DNA of 64,000 nucleotides from Bacillota bacterium (GTDB lineage Bacteria; Planctomycetota; UBA8108; UBA1146): the NCBI GenBank assembly GCA_003973385.1, contig QNYK01000010.1, positions 4,519 to 68,518 of the forward strand, given 5' to 3'. The notes below the pieces were generated by a model. That model was given only the letters and a program-made list of their open reading frames with translations. It searched no databases and was not told the origin of the DNA. Of the stretch, positions 43,439-54,022 are shown piece after piece. Both the position numbers and the translations under genes were made by a program. Position 1 is the first letter of the stretch. Each line of letters begins with the position of its first letter.

Positions 43439-44869
43439 TCAGCGCAGTTCGATGTACTGGCCGTTGTTCTGGACTGCCAGGGATCTCATGAATACCCGCA
43501 GTTTCCTCCCCGCCTGCTCGAATCCAACGGTGTTGACACGAATTCGCCGAAACCGATTCGCCTCACGCACCCACCTGAGGATGGGGACGGTATCGAGGAG
43601 CTTGTTGTCGCGACGCGGCGCTCCGTCCGAGAGCAGAAAGATCGCCTTCAGATTAGCAGCGCCAAAAGCTTCTCGGAGGGCGTGATCGGTCCAGGTTTCT
43701 CCCTGGGCATTGAACTTGCGCACGTACTGGATCGCCTCCCTCTTGCGCCTGGCCGATGCCAAGACAAGATTTTTTGACATGGCATGAACCTCGTGGTTGA
43801 AGGTGATGATATTGAACCGAACATCACCTGGCAACTTCTCGATGGTCCGGATCAGCTCATTCTGAACGCGCCGGATCCGCTGCCTCGACTCCTGCTGTGC
43901 TGGCGTTGGCGTTGGTTTTGGAGAACCATCAGGATTACCGACGTCGGTACCTCCGCCACCTCCGGGAGCGTCACCTGGATCCTCGGGCAGATCATCGACC
44001 ACTTCCATGCTTCCGGAAACATCCAGCAGGAACAGGACGTTCTTTGCCGCCACCTCCATGCCGAAGAACGCCGGCGGATCGCGCCGAACCGATGTCATGC
44101 CTTCCTTTCGCTCACTCGGATCAGGCCTTACATAGTCCTTCTTTCGGGGAGCCCAGAAATTCCTCCAGTCAGCAGCCACTCTGAAATCCTCGCCGACCAG
44201 TTTCAGCAGACACTTGCGAATCTCGTACGCGAGTAGGGTGCCACTGCGACCCACCTTCTCCTGCCTCGCCAACGCCTCGATCAGGTGGTCGACTGCGCCG
44301 AGATCATCTTTCTTGGCGAGTGCCTCGATGGCGGTCAAGGCCACCGCGTCCTCGGAATCGTAGAGGTTGGTCAGGACTGCGGTATAGGCGTCTCGTTCAG
44401 GGCGAGAGGAAAGCACCAGGGTCAGGATGACTCGCGCCGAGATTCGCTTGTCCCTTGTCGCGAGTTGACAGACCCGCTCGAATCCAGCACCTGGCTTCAA
44501 TCCGACCAGTTTGGATCCGATGTAGCGCTCGATGGCATATGAGTTGCCACCGAGACCGATCTGGACGACCGCTTCGATGGCCTTCTTGCTTCCATCGAGG
44601 ATCAGCGCATCTACCGCCCGTGAGGCCTCGTCAAAGCGGTCCTGCTGGATGGCCGAGGCGAGTTGAACTTTTGCACGGGAGATATCGCTGAGCAACGGCG
44701 CTTCGCCGGCGTCCGAGACTCCACACAGCAGAAAAATGGACACCAGGCACAGGAGAGATGCCTGTTTCTGCAGCGAAAGTTTCACGACGGCCGCAGCCCG
44801 TGCACCAATTCCCCACTCGAGGGGCGTACACAGGCTGGAGGCCGGTAGAGAGCGTATGGCGTGGGACAT
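43439..44869 (-). CDS. Secreted HEAT-repeat plus VWA-domain protein
   Basis: HEAT-like helices; MIDAS residues DVSGS, T (GETWT) and D (LSDG); start uncertain. Confidence 0.85.
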   Translation of the reverse strand: MSHAIRSLPASSLCTPLEWGIGARAAAVVKLSLQKQASLLCLVSIFLLCGVSDAGEAPLLSDISRAKVQLASAIQQDRFDEASRAVDALILDGSKKAIEAVVQIGLGGNSYAIERYIGSKLVGLKPGAGFERVCQLATRDKRISARVILTLVLSSRPERDAYTAVLTNLYDSEDAVALTAIEALAKKDDLGAVDHLIEALARQEKVGRSGTLLAYEIRKCLLKLVGEDFRVAADWRNFWAPRKKDYVRPDPSERKEGMTSVRRDPPAFFGMEVAAKNVLFLLDVSGSMEVVDDLPEDPGDAPGGGGGTDVGNPDGSPKPTPTPAQQESRQRIRRVQNELIRTIEKLPGDVRFNIITFNHEVHAMSKNLVLASARRKREAIQYVRKFNAQGETWTDHALREAFGAANLKAIFLLSDGAPRRDNKLLDTVPILRWVREANRFRRIRVNTVGFEQAGRKLRVFMRSLAVQNNGQYIELR

Positions 44870-45150
44870 CGCCAGCTTCCTTCCGGTGATCGGATCGAAA
44901 CGATGCCGACCCGATGGCATTGTAAACGCCTGCCCCATCGAAGGATAGCACCCAACATGCTGGTCGATTGGGCGCTTCCAGTGGATTGTCGTATTCTTTC
45001 CTGTCGGAGTGCCCCAGTGGCCACGACCCGTGGTGATGGTCTCTCGGGCGACCTCGTGGCCCGATCCTGTTTTTCGGCGTTGCCGAGCTGACTATTGCGC
45101 GCCATTCCCGTTTTGAGAGGGGGGGATTGGAGCGTGAGGATGAGGATACA

Positions 45151-47250
45151 GTGGTTCGCTCCCTCTTCTTACGATCGCTGCTGCTGCTGCTCATCCTCAG
45201 CACCTGGTCCGGCTGCCACCGCAAGGGCGCCACTGCAGCAGCCACCAGTCCACTCATCGAGAACCTGTCGGTCCTGATCGAAACAAACTCTGCTTTCGTA
45301 CACTTCGATGTCATCGATCCAATCGAACGCACCTGGGATGCACAGATCTTCTTCAGCGACGACCTGGGTCAACAATGGCAACCTGCCACGCCAATCGCTG
45401 GCAGTCAGGGATATATCGAGTTGATCCCACCCTTCGAACCGGTCGTCACCGAATGGTCTTTTCGAGGTGATCTGATCACCTTGCCTCAGGCTGACATCCT
45501 CGTGGAAGTGCGCCTGTACGATCTCGAAGGAGTGTTGCACGCCTCCAGTAGAAGTGAACCATTAGCCATCGGTGACCCCACCACGCCATCGGTCGACTCC
45601 GTGACGATTCCATCTGGCCCCGTGGGTGGCCCCATCTCCATCGGTTGTCTCATCTCCGATGCGGATGATGATTTCGTGATGGTTCACATGGAGTGGTCCC
45701 TCGATGGAAATGAGCCCTGGAATCTGTCTACTCTTGATGCTCCGGGAGATGTCATCGTTGCGTGCGATAACGGGGTTACTTCCATCGAACTGATATGGCT
45801 CTCCCACATCGATACGCCGGGAGTTTTCAGTCCGTTCGCCAGGGTCCGCATTGTCGCCACCGACGCAGTGGGATCATCCCAGGCCACCAGCAACTACCTC
45901 GCTCTCAATACCATCCGACCGAGAATTGACGCCGTCACCATCGGTGAGGTCCCCGATTACCTCAATGGAAGCGAGCCATACAACGATGGATCTGCCGAAG
46001 CTGTGCCATTCCGGCTGTCGGTTCCGACTGTCGGCACGCAGATCAAGATCGCATGGAGTGCCGGAGTCGGCGGTGCTGCCCCCGACTCCGCGACAGTTGC
46101 CATCTCCGCAGACCGACCCATCGCAGGGCGAGGAAGCGGCGAACCACTTGAGGACCTGTTCGTCATCGAAGGATCGACCGCCTCCTGGAGAGTTTCGGAA
46201 CTGCACCCTCTGCCATTGGGCTTACTGACATTGACCGCCAACATCGACGACATCCGCGGCAACCCTGCCGAGGATCGGTTGTTCGAGGTACTGGTCACTC
46301 CCGGAGCTGCCTCGGCACGACCCTTCGACTGGCAGGACCGTTGGCATGTCGATTTCCAGCGCGACAATTACAGCGTCGGATTGCAATTGGACCAGTTCGG
46401 CAATTTCAGTCCCTTCGCAACTCCAGGTGCTGATGGTGAGGCTGACCACAGACAGGATCTGTTGACCGTCGGACTGCAGTCTGATCAGCCGACATCGGCA
46501 GCAGTGGCTGCAGGTACCGACATGCGGGTTCGCATGTGGGTCGAGCAGGCCATCATCGACCGGATGAAGTTCATTTTTGGTGAATCACCTCAAACTGGTG
46601 GAGAAGGCCTACAATCTCAATTGCAGATTCAGACCAGTGCCGTCGGTGCGACCAGCGCCATCGGCATCGGCGGCGATGATGTGGATCCGTACAGTTACGC
46701 ACTGGGGCGAGCAGCCTTCGACCACCGCAACAGTAGAGCCAATGATGAACGCGCCTCCAACCGTGGCGTTTTCTCCAGCAACATGGTGCAGTTCTACTGG
46801 AACTCATGGACCTTCAGGAATCGGTTTCAGGAGGTTCTCCCGCACCTGGGTGTACCGGTGGGAGAGCATTCCCTCGATTCCCTCGTCCTCGGTTTCGGTT
46901 TCGAGAGACTCGATCCGACCAACTCCGCTGCACAGAATCTGAGATACGACGGCGTCTGGGACGCGGTGGATGCCTGGAGCCGAATCAATGCAGTAGTGGC
47001 AGCCCATGAGGTGGGACATGCTGTCGGACTGTGCGCCAACGGCGCCCCTCCGACGGGACTGTTCGGGGGTGTCTCCAGCGCTGATTTCGCCGGCCCCTAC
47101 ACCACTTCATTTCACATCGATACACCAGGTTTGAATGTGATGTCATCTGCGCTAGGCCTGACCTCCGCACTCGTCGAGGGAGATGTCGGGTATCACCTCA
47201 ACCCATTGAACGAGGCATACATCGCCGAGTGGACCACGCTGGAGCCCTAG
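45151..47250 (+). CDS. Lipoprotein with beta-rich domains and C-terminal zinc-metalloprotease (matrixin-like) domain
   Basis: Lipobox WSG-C; AAHEVGHAVGL and Met-turn-like NVMS. Confidence 0.75.
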   Translation: MVRSLFLRSLLLLLILSTWSGCHRKGATAAATSPLIENLSVLIETNSAFVHFDVIDPIERTWDAQIFFSDDLGQQWQPATPIAGSQGYIELIPPFEPVVTEWSFRGDLITLPQADILVEVRLYDLEGVLHASSRSEPLAIGDPTTPSVDSVTIPSGPVGGPISIGCLISDADDDFVMVHMEWSLDGNEPWNLSTLDAPGDVIVACDNGVTSIELIWLSHIDTPGVFSPFARVRIVATDAVGSSQATSNYLALNTIRPRIDAVTIGEVPDYLNGSEPYNDGSAEAVPFRLSVPTVGTQIKIAWSAGVGGAAPDSATVAISADRPIAGRGSGEPLEDLFVIEGSTASWRVSELHPLPLGLLTLTANIDDIRGNPAEDRLFEVLVTPGAASARPFDWQDRWHVDFQRDNYSVGLQLDQFGNFSPFATPGADGEADHRQDLLTVGLQSDQPTSAAVAAGTDMRVRMWVEQAIIDRMKFIFGESPQTGGEGLQSQLQIQTSAVGATSAIGIGGDDVDPYSYALGRAAFDHRNSRANDERASNRGVFSSNMVQFYWNSWTFRNRFQEVLPHLGVPVGEHSLDSLVLGFGFERLDPTNSAAQNLRYDGVWDAVDAWSRINAVVAAHEVGHAVGLCANGAPPTGLFGGVSSADFAGPYTTSFHIDTPGLNVMSSALGLTSALVEGDVGYHLNPLNEAYIAEWTTLEP

Positions 47251-48357
47251 ATGCATGACAACATGAAACAGTTCAAGATCCTTCTGGTCATCGCAGGCTG
47301 TTGCCTGCACGGACTTCCATCAGTGGCCGCGGAAGATCCATGGCCACTGTTTAGCCACTCCGATCACGTCCTTCATGGCACCGTGGTCGAGATCATCGAA
47401 GGAGAGAGGGACCGCCTCTACAGGATCGCCATCGATCCAGGTACCGGAAGCGCCGGACCGGAGAGTTGGTGGCTGAGAGAGCCGGAAGGTGAGGGCACCG
47501 AGGGAATCGGAGCACTCCCTGGACACCGCGGGGCATGGCTCGTGGCTGACTATGCAGGAGGTGAATTTCCTGCTGCAGACGCCACGCTCCTGCCCGGCGG
47601 TCTTTTTTCCATCCAGGATCCGTCCGTTTTTCCAGCACTACAGCAACTCCTGGAACCCGATGTGGATCCAGCAATCCCTCTCGCACTTCTTGAAGCGACG
47701 GATGCCACGGTACGCCGGATCGCCATCGGCTGGTGGCGAGTTCGCGGCCCCGAACCTGACGTCAGACAGTTCAAGTTCATCTCGAATGCCTTTGGCCACG
47801 AGACCGACGCTGCAACACAAAGATCCTGGCTGGAATTATTCCTGCAACACGGTTGGAAATTCGAGCCAACGGGTCTTGCTGATCTGGTTCCCCACTCAAA
47901 GGATCCTGCAGTCTCGATGTTGACGCTGCAATATCTGAAAACGCACGGTACGCCCCGCCATTTCGCAAGATTGGTCAGTGCCTGGCCCGCTGCCGATTCA
48001 GCAGCAAAAATACGCCTTGCAACCGCCTATCGAGATCTTGGCATCGAAGAAGCGAGCCCCTGGCTGCTCCAGGGGATCACCGCGGATGATCCGTCATTGC
48101 GTCGCCATTGCATGGAGTCGCTGGGCATCTCGGATACTGCACCCTGCCGCAGTGCCATCCATTCGCTGTTGCACTCCACATCCGATGAAATTCGAACAGC
48201 AGCGCTCTACGGACTTGCGCGCAGCAGAAACCCCTGGGCATGGCAGTTGCTCGACATCACCATTTCGAATCTGTCCGGGTCAGATCCCCTGCTTCCACTC
48301 GCTACCGCTCTTCGAAAGCACCCGTGGAAGGTCCTCAACACGAGAGGAACACACTGA
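47251..48357 (+). CDS. Secreted HEAT-repeat protein
   Basis: Signal peptide; N-terminal beta domain SDHVLHGTVVEI; HEAT-like repeats such as DDPSLRRHCMESLG and SDEIRTAALYGLA. Confidence 0.7.
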   Translation: MHDNMKQFKILLVIAGCCLHGLPSVAAEDPWPLFSHSDHVLHGTVVEIIEGERDRLYRIAIDPGTGSAGPESWWLREPEGEGTEGIGALPGHRGAWLVADYAGGEFPAADATLLPGGLFSIQDPSVFPALQQLLEPDVDPAIPLALLEATDATVRRIAIGWWRVRGPEPDVRQFKFISNAFGHETDAATQRSWLELFLQHGWKFEPTGLADLVPHSKDPAVSMLTLQYLKTHGTPRHFARLVSAWPAADSAAKIRLATAYRDLGIEEASPWLLQGITADDPSLRRHCMESLGISDTAPCRSAIHSLLHSTSDEIRTAALYGLARSRNPWAWQLLDITISNLSGSDPLLPLATALRKHPWKVLNTRGTH

Positions 48358-48359
48358 CC

Positions 48360-50483
48360 GTGAACACCGAACTGAAGAGAATCCTCGACCAGAAGATACA
48401 CCTGAAGACTCCAGGTACCTTTCATCTGGGAACTGGCCGATGGGCACGGAAAGTCCTCTTCGATGGAGAGTTCTTCCAGTTCGCCAGTGACCAGACCCCG
48501 CTCCACTTTCCAGTATCCGACCTCTGGCAAGAGCATCTGGAACCGGCCCAGCTCGATTCCTTGCTGGCGCGCTGGTATTCAGAGACACGAGACATCGAAT
48601 TGCTGCTTGCGACGGTCGAGGAGCTGGATCCAGCGATATGTACAGAACTTTGCCTGAGCCAGGATTGCTGGGTGCTGGTCGATGCGTTTCTTTCATGCGG
48701 AGAAATATTCCTGTTTGAAGAAGTAGCCGCAGAACCGATCGAGATCAGCAAGGGAATCCACACGAAGTCGCTGTTGTCTGAACTCACTCAGCAACTCAAG
48801 ATGGTGGATACAGCCCTCAGCATCTTGCCGTCAGAAAAGGAATTGTTGCTGCTCTCCCCGATGGGAGTGCATGCCAGAGACGAACACCATTGCTGGTTCT
48901 TCTCTCGCATAGGGATGCTGATCGATGGATTCAGAACCATCCGCGAGATCGAATCGGACTCCCCCTTCTGCTGGACCTGGACCCGTCATCACCTCGCAGA
49001 AGCCGCCAGATCCGGGTGGGTCCTCAAGAAGAAGTTCCCTGAGCTGTCTCGAGTTCAACTCGATCAACTCGATGCCAGTGCCCGATCCGAGATGCTCCAC
49101 CAACTGGAGCAGGCAACACCGATGGCGGTCGAGCCCGTGAAGATCCTCGACCGATTGCGTCAACTTCACCGCATCTCCGGGGATCAGGAGGCCAAACGCT
49201 CCGTCGAGATACGCCTCGTCGAAGCTCACCGATCTGCCAGAGAACCAGAATCTGCCATTGCCATTCTCGACCACCTGCTTGCGGGAAAACCAGGGGACGA
49301 GGAAGCGTCCGGGATCCGCATCGAGATCCTCGTGGAACGAGCAGAGCAACTGCTCGCTGGAAGCCAGCCTGAAGAGGGTCGTCGTTATCTTCGAAGAGCG
49401 ATTGAAGTCTCCGACGATGACCAGTTGAGATTACAACTGATCGCATCGCACGACACTCCCCCGATGCAGATCCGCGAAGGGATCCGCATCGCATCTCTGT
49501 TGCACAGAAACTCACATCGAGAGAGATCTCTGAGGTTGGTGGACAGCCTCGAGGCTCTTCACCCGGAGAATGACCAGATGCAACGGGCCAGGATTGACTT
49601 CCTGCTCGATCACGGCGAGGAACAAGCATCGGAAGCCGCACTTGAGCGGCTCGCAGCACGCCATGCAGCAGAAGGAAACATCCAGCGCGCAAGACAGATC
49701 GCTGACAGCGTCAGAAAACTGCGCAGAAAGCGCGGGGTCGAGGATCAGCAGTCAAAAAAGGGGCGGATCGCACTCAGGAGAATTCGCCTGTTCTGCATGG
49801 TCGCGCCCTTCATCGCCATCGCCATCATCATCTCGGTAGCGGAGTTCTCGCTCCAGGGAGTGATTGCCAGCGCAGACACCTTGCCTCCCGATCAGTGGCG
49901 GCAGGAAGCTCAACCCTGGTTGCAATGGCTTCCTCCCGGACCCTGGAAGGAGGGCATCGAAAGCGCGGCCTTGCTCGTCGATGAACGAACCAAGGACAGC
50001 CGACGCAATTACGCCAGCGCTGCACAGGATGCACTCCAGGACGCACGCGGAGCACGGCTCCTCGGCAACCACCTTCAGGCGAGACAGCAGCTGGAGACCG
50101 CCATGAAGTTCGGAGCAGCCACTCAGGCCAAGCAACTGCTCGCCAGCTGGCGACAGCAAGATCGTGCCGCAGCAGATCTGCGCATTCTGGTTGAAAAGGC
50201 GCGAGACGTGACAGATCTACCGGCAGCTCGTCGCTGGAGTTTACTGCTCCTGGAACAATTTCCTTCCAATGATGCGACGATGGGATTGACCATCCCCGTT
50301 CGCATCGATTCAGGTGCGCAGACCAGGATGGTCCTGGAATCCGGTGAACGGATCGACCTCCCGACATGGATCGAGATCCCACCCTTCGGATCCAGAAAGG
50401 TGACGCTCGATCTGGGTGGAAGGCTCAGTGAATTTGTGATCACCGCCCAGGGGCCCGAATCGATCGTGCTGCCGAGGCCTTGA
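48360..50483 (+). CDS. Single-pass membrane protein with DUF4388-like N-terminus and TPR-like repeats
   Basis: N-terminal PGTFHL..RKVLFDG, TPR-like helices, TM segment LFCMVAPFIAIAIII, beta-rich C-terminus. Confidence 0.6.
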   Translation: MNTELKRILDQKIHLKTPGTFHLGTGRWARKVLFDGEFFQFASDQTPLHFPVSDLWQEHLEPAQLDSLLARWYSETRDIELLLATVEELDPAICTELCLSQDCWVLVDAFLSCGEIFLFEEVAAEPIEISKGIHTKSLLSELTQQLKMVDTALSILPSEKELLLLSPMGVHARDEHHCWFFSRIGMLIDGFRTIREIESDSPFCWTWTRHHLAEAARSGWVLKKKFPELSRVQLDQLDASARSEMLHQLEQATPMAVEPVKILDRLRQLHRISGDQEAKRSVEIRLVEAHRSAREPESAIAILDHLLAGKPGDEEASGIRIEILVERAEQLLAGSQPEEGRRYLRRAIEVSDDDQLRLQLIASHDTPPMQIREGIRIASLLHRNSHRERSLRLVDSLEALHPENDQMQRARIDFLLDHGEEQASEAALERLAARHAAEGNIQRARQIADSVRKLRRKRGVEDQQSKKGRIALRRIRLFCMVAPFIAIAIIISVAEFSLQGVIASADTLPPDQWRQEAQPWLQWLPPGPWKEGIESAALLVDERTKDSRRNYASAAQDALQDARGARLLGNHLQARQQLETAMKFGAATQAKQLLASWRQQDRAAADLRILVEKARDVTDLPAARRWSLLLLEQFPSNDATMGLTIPVRIDSGAQTRMVLESGERIDLPTWIEIPPFGSRKVTLDLGGRLSEFVITAQGPESIVLPRP

Positions 50484-50488
50484 GATCA

Positions 50489-51919
50489 TCAGGACTGCTG
50501 AATCAAGCGCTGCAGGATCTGCTGCACCTTGCGGGGATTGGCCGCTCCTTTACTTGCCTGCATCACCTGCCCGGTAAGAAATCCCATCAACCTGGCATCT
50601 CCCGCACGGATCTTGTCCACAACATCCGGATGTGACTCGAGCACACCCTGAACCCACGCCATCAGTGTCGACTCGTCGCTGACCTGCTCACTGGTCCCGG
50701 CCAGGATCTCGGTCGGAGATCTTCCATCGGCGATGGACTGCTGAAGAATCTCGCGCCCCTTCGCGACACTGATTCGATCCTCCTCCACCGACTTCACCAC
50801 TGCCGCAATCGACTCCGCCGTCAACGGGTAATCATCCAGATTCAATTCCAGCTCATTGAGGTGTCTCAGCACCTCCCCACGAAACCAATTGGATGCGGAA
50901 GCCGCGGATAACCCGGCAGCCATCATCGCATCGAAGAAATCGCCGAACTCTCTCCTGGCGAGAATTGACTCGGCCTCGCGCGGAGCGATCTGCAACTGCT
51001 CGACGAGTCGCACTCGTCTGCTCGCTGGAGTCTCGGGTAAGGACGAGCGTTCACGCTCGATGTCAGTCAACTCGATGATCACCACCGGAAGGTCCGGATC
51101 GGGGAAGTAGCGGTAATCTGGAGAATCTTCCTTGCCCCTCATCTCTTCGGTCACCTCATCCTCTTGATGCCACAGGCGCGTCTCCTGCCGGATGACGCCT
51201 CCCGCTTCCAGAACCTGGATCTGGCGTGCGGATTCCACCTCGACAGATCGCTGGATCGACACGAAGGAGTTCAGATTTTTCAGTTCGGTTCTGGTGCCGA
51301 GTGGATCGGATCCTGTCGGTCGGACAGAGACGTTGACGTCGGCCCTGAGGTTGCCCTTTTCCATGTCTGCATCACTGACCCCGATCCAGCGCAAGATCTC
51401 GCGGGTCGATCTGACACAGTTCGCTGCCTCGACTCCGCTCATCGGTAAAGGCTCGGTGACGATCTCGAGCAGTGGACTGCTACAACGATTCAGATCGATC
51501 CTGCTGGTCTGATCGTCTGCGTGGATGGATTTCCCTGCATCCTCTTCCATGTGGATGCGCACCAGCGGAAGTACTGCATCGGTACCGTCCTCGCGTGGGA
51601 AGTGAATCTCGCCTCCCAGTGCATACGGGCGGTAAAACTGGCTGATCTGGTATCCCTTCGGCAGATCGGGATAGAAGTAATTCTTGCGATCGAACCTGCT
51701 TTCTGGCTGGATCTGACACCCGAGACTGATGGCGGCCCGGATCGCGCGTCGGACCGCTTCCGCGTTGAGCACCGGCAACGCTCCAGGCCAGCCGGTGCAA
51801 ACGGGGCAGATATTGTGATTGGCCTCGGCACCCGTTTCACGGACGCAGGCGCAGAACATCTTGGTTTCGGTCGACATCTGGGCATGAATCTCCAGCCCGA
51901 CAACTGTTTGCCAAGTCAT
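50489..51919 (-). CDS. gatB: Asp/Glu-tRNA amidotransferase subunit B
   Basis: VGLEIHAQ, RKNYFYPDLPKGYQISQ, HMEEDAGK, DYRYFPDPDLP. Confidence 0.97.
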   Translation of the reverse strand: MTWQTVVGLEIHAQMSTETKMFCACVRETGAEANHNICPVCTGWPGALPVLNAEAVRRAIRAAISLGCQIQPESRFDRKNYFYPDLPKGYQISQFYRPYALGGEIHFPREDGTDAVLPLVRIHMEEDAGKSIHADDQTSRIDLNRCSSPLLEIVTEPLPMSGVEAANCVRSTREILRWIGVSDADMEKGNLRADVNVSVRPTGSDPLGTRTELKNLNSFVSIQRSVEVESARQIQVLEAGGVIRQETRLWHQEDEVTEEMRGKEDSPDYRYFPDPDLPVVIIELTDIERERSSLPETPASRRVRLVEQLQIAPREAESILARREFGDFFDAMMAAGLSAASASNWFRGEVLRHLNELELNLDDYPLTAESIAAVVKSVEEDRISVAKGREILQQSIADGRSPTEILAGTSEQVSDESTLMAWVQGVLESHPDVVDKIRAGDARLMGFLTGQVMQASKGAANPRKVQQILQRLIQQS

Positions 51920-53379
51920 GCCGCCCCTCCATCCGGAAGCGCCCGATGATGATCGGTCCACTGTTGCCAGCGTGATCCCAGTTCAAGGAGTCGATGATCG
52001 CTGCCTCTGGCCCCCATCAGTTGCATGCCGATCGGCAATCCGGAGGCGTCAAACCCGCATGGAAGTGCCAGCGCCGGAACACCAGCGAGATTGGCAATCA
52101 CCGTCAGGATATCGCAGGCGTACAGTGCGATCGGGTCATCGATTCTTTCGCCGATCGGGAAGGGGGCGAAGGGAGATACAGGTAACAGCAGCGCATCACA
52201 CTCCTCGAGCACCTGGTCGATGCCTTCCCTGATCAGATCGCGCACCGCTTGAGCTCTGGTGTAGTAGGCTTCCCGGTACCCTGCCGACAGCACGAAGGTT
52301 CCCAGCAAGATGCGTCTTCTCACCTCACTGCCGAAGCCTCGATGACGACTGGTCTCGTACAGTGATTGGAGGTCCTTGGAGGATTCTCTGGCCCCGACAT
52401 GAACGCCGTCGTAACGAGCCAGATTCGAAGAGGCCTCGGCAGTGGCGATCACCTGGTAGCAGGCATTTGCCGCCTCGATGTGAGGGAGCGATCGCTCGAT
52501 GATCTCGATGCCCTGGTCCGCCATCTGGCCGGCTGCAGCCTGTACGGCGGTCGCGATTTGCTCATCGATAGCGGGGCCGAAACCCTCGGAAACCAGCGCC
52601 ACCCTCGAGATGGGCTGCACAGTTTCGTCATCCAGGGTCAGGCTGGTGGCATCGAGGGGGTCGTGTCCTTCCATCACCTGCAGCACCTGGCGACAGTCTT
52701 CAGAGTCGCGTGCCACCGGACATATCTGGTCGAGGCTCGACCCGAAGGCGATCAGACCTCGTCTTGAAACCCGGCCCCAGGTCGGCTTGAAGCCAGTCGC
52801 ACTGCAGAATGCTGCCGGCTGGCGGATCGAGCCACCGGTGTCGCTGCCGAGGTGAAATGCCCAGCCATGGCTTCCTGCCAGCGCCGCCGCCCCACCACTC
52901 GAACCGCCGGGCACCCGACTTCGATCCCACGGGTTCGACACCACTCCATGGCATGATGTCTCGTTGGAAGCGCCCATGGCGAACTCATCGCAATTGCTCT
53001 TGCCGGTGAGAACGGCCCCTGCCGCCCGTAGCCGACGAACTGCTGTAGCGTCCTCGTGGGCTCGAAATCCCTTCAAGATCGAACTGGAGGCATCGCTGGT
53101 GCCCTGTTCGGTAGTGATGTTCATCTTGGCAGTGAATGGGATGCCATCGAGCGGTCCCAGAATCTCTCCTGCCGCTCTTCTTTGATCACTCTGATCTGCG
53201 GCCGCACGCGCCTGTTCGGGAAAGGTCTCCACCACTGCACCGATTTCCCGCCCCAGGTGCTCGAGAAAATCGAGGTATCCATCGATCAACTGCCGCGCAC
53301 TGCATCGATGCTCTCCAAGCCATCGGGTCACCTCACCGACGGTGGCGTCGCGAGGAGGCAGTGAAGGAGGACTCGACAT
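51916..53379 (-). CDS. gatA: Asp/Glu-tRNA amidotransferase subunit A
   Basis: PGGSSGG, GSDTGGSIRQPA, SNLARYDG, RRILLGTFVLS. Confidence 0.97.
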   Translation of the reverse strand: MSSPPSLPPRDATVGEVTRWLGEHRCSARQLIDGYLDFLEHLGREIGAVVETFPEQARAAADQSDQRRAAGEILGPLDGIPFTAKMNITTEQGTSDASSSILKGFRAHEDATAVRRLRAAGAVLTGKSNCDEFAMGASNETSCHGVVSNPWDRSRVPGGSSGGAAALAGSHGWAFHLGSDTGGSIRQPAAFCSATGFKPTWGRVSRRGLIAFGSSLDQICPVARDSEDCRQVLQVMEGHDPLDATSLTLDDETVQPISRVALVSEGFGPAIDEQIATAVQAAAGQMADQGIEIIERSLPHIEAANACYQVIATAEASSNLARYDGVHVGARESSKDLQSLYETSRHRGFGSEVRRRILLGTFVLSAGYREAYYTRAQAVRDLIREGIDQVLEECDALLLPVSPFAPFPIGERIDDPIALYACDILTVIANLAGVPALALPCGFDASGLPIGMQLMGARGSDHRLLELGSRWQQWTDHHRALPDGGAA

Positions 53380-53389
53380 CGGTGGCCTC

Positions 53390-53740
53390 CTACCCGACGA
53401 CTCGCGGCGTCACAAATGTGCCATCGCGCCAGTCCGGAGCATTTTCGCCGATCGAAGTGGCATCTCTCGGTCCTCCGGGGTCGTTCTGCTTGGCCGGTAG
53501 ATCGGGGCGAGCGTCCGATATGCGGACCGAACCGACCGTGGCATCGGTCTGGTGATCTTCAGGGATCTCGACTGATCTCAGCACATCGACCAGATCGAGG
53601 ATCTTCTCCATGTGATCTACCAGCCCCGCGACCTCCTCGTCAGAGACTTCGAGCCTTGCCAGATGCGCGGTGGATCGGACCAGGGCCTCGTCGATGACAG
53701 GCCGATCTGGATCGGTGGGAGTTGGCTCTTCAGAATTGAT
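53390..53740 (-). CDS. gatC: Asp/Glu-tRNA amidotransferase subunit C
   Basis: Upstream of the ATG at 53611 the frame encodes the GatC N-terminus IDEALVRSTAHLARLEVSDEEV; C-terminus NAPDWRDGTFVTPRVV; start probably a non-canonical ATC. Confidence 0.88.
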   Translation of the reverse strand: MNSEEPTPTDPDRPVIDEALVRSTAHLARLEVSDEEVAGLVDHMEKILDLVDVLRSVEIPEDHQTDATVGSVRISDARPDLPAKQNDPGGPRDATSIGENAPDWRDGTFVTPRVVG

Positions 53741-53837
53741 ACGGTCCCCCTTCCCGACCTCGAAGTTGGCCCTTCAGTTGCACTCAACTCCGCTGTGCCG
53801 CAAGAGATCGTGCATCGGATGCGGTCGTAGATCGATG

Positions 53838-53877
53838 AAAAACTCCCGATCGACCTGGCCGACCGGGAGTCTCTTTT
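53838..53877 (-). terminator. Intrinsic terminator after tRNA-Met
   Basis: Minus strand ACTCCCGGTCGG-CCAGG-TCGATCGGGAGT followed by TTTT. Confidence 0.7.
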
Positions 53878-53883
53878 CAAAAA

Positions 53884-53959
53884 TGGTACCGGCGCAGGGA
53901 CTCGAACCCCGGACCCAAGGATTATGATTCCTTTGCTCTACCAACTGAGCTACACCGGC
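53884..53959 (-). tRNA. tRNA-Met(CAT), elongator type, CCA encoded
   Basis: GCCGGTGTAGCTCAGTTGGTAGAGCAAAGGAATCATAATCCTTGGGTCCGGGGTTCGAGTCCCTGCGCCGGTACCA; lacks the initiator GGG/CCC anticodon stem. Confidence 0.92.
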
Positions 53960-54022
53960 ATGGGCACCGACGATAGCGGTATTGCCTCGGGCTGTCCAGA
54001 TCGACGGTCCAGTTCCGCTCCC

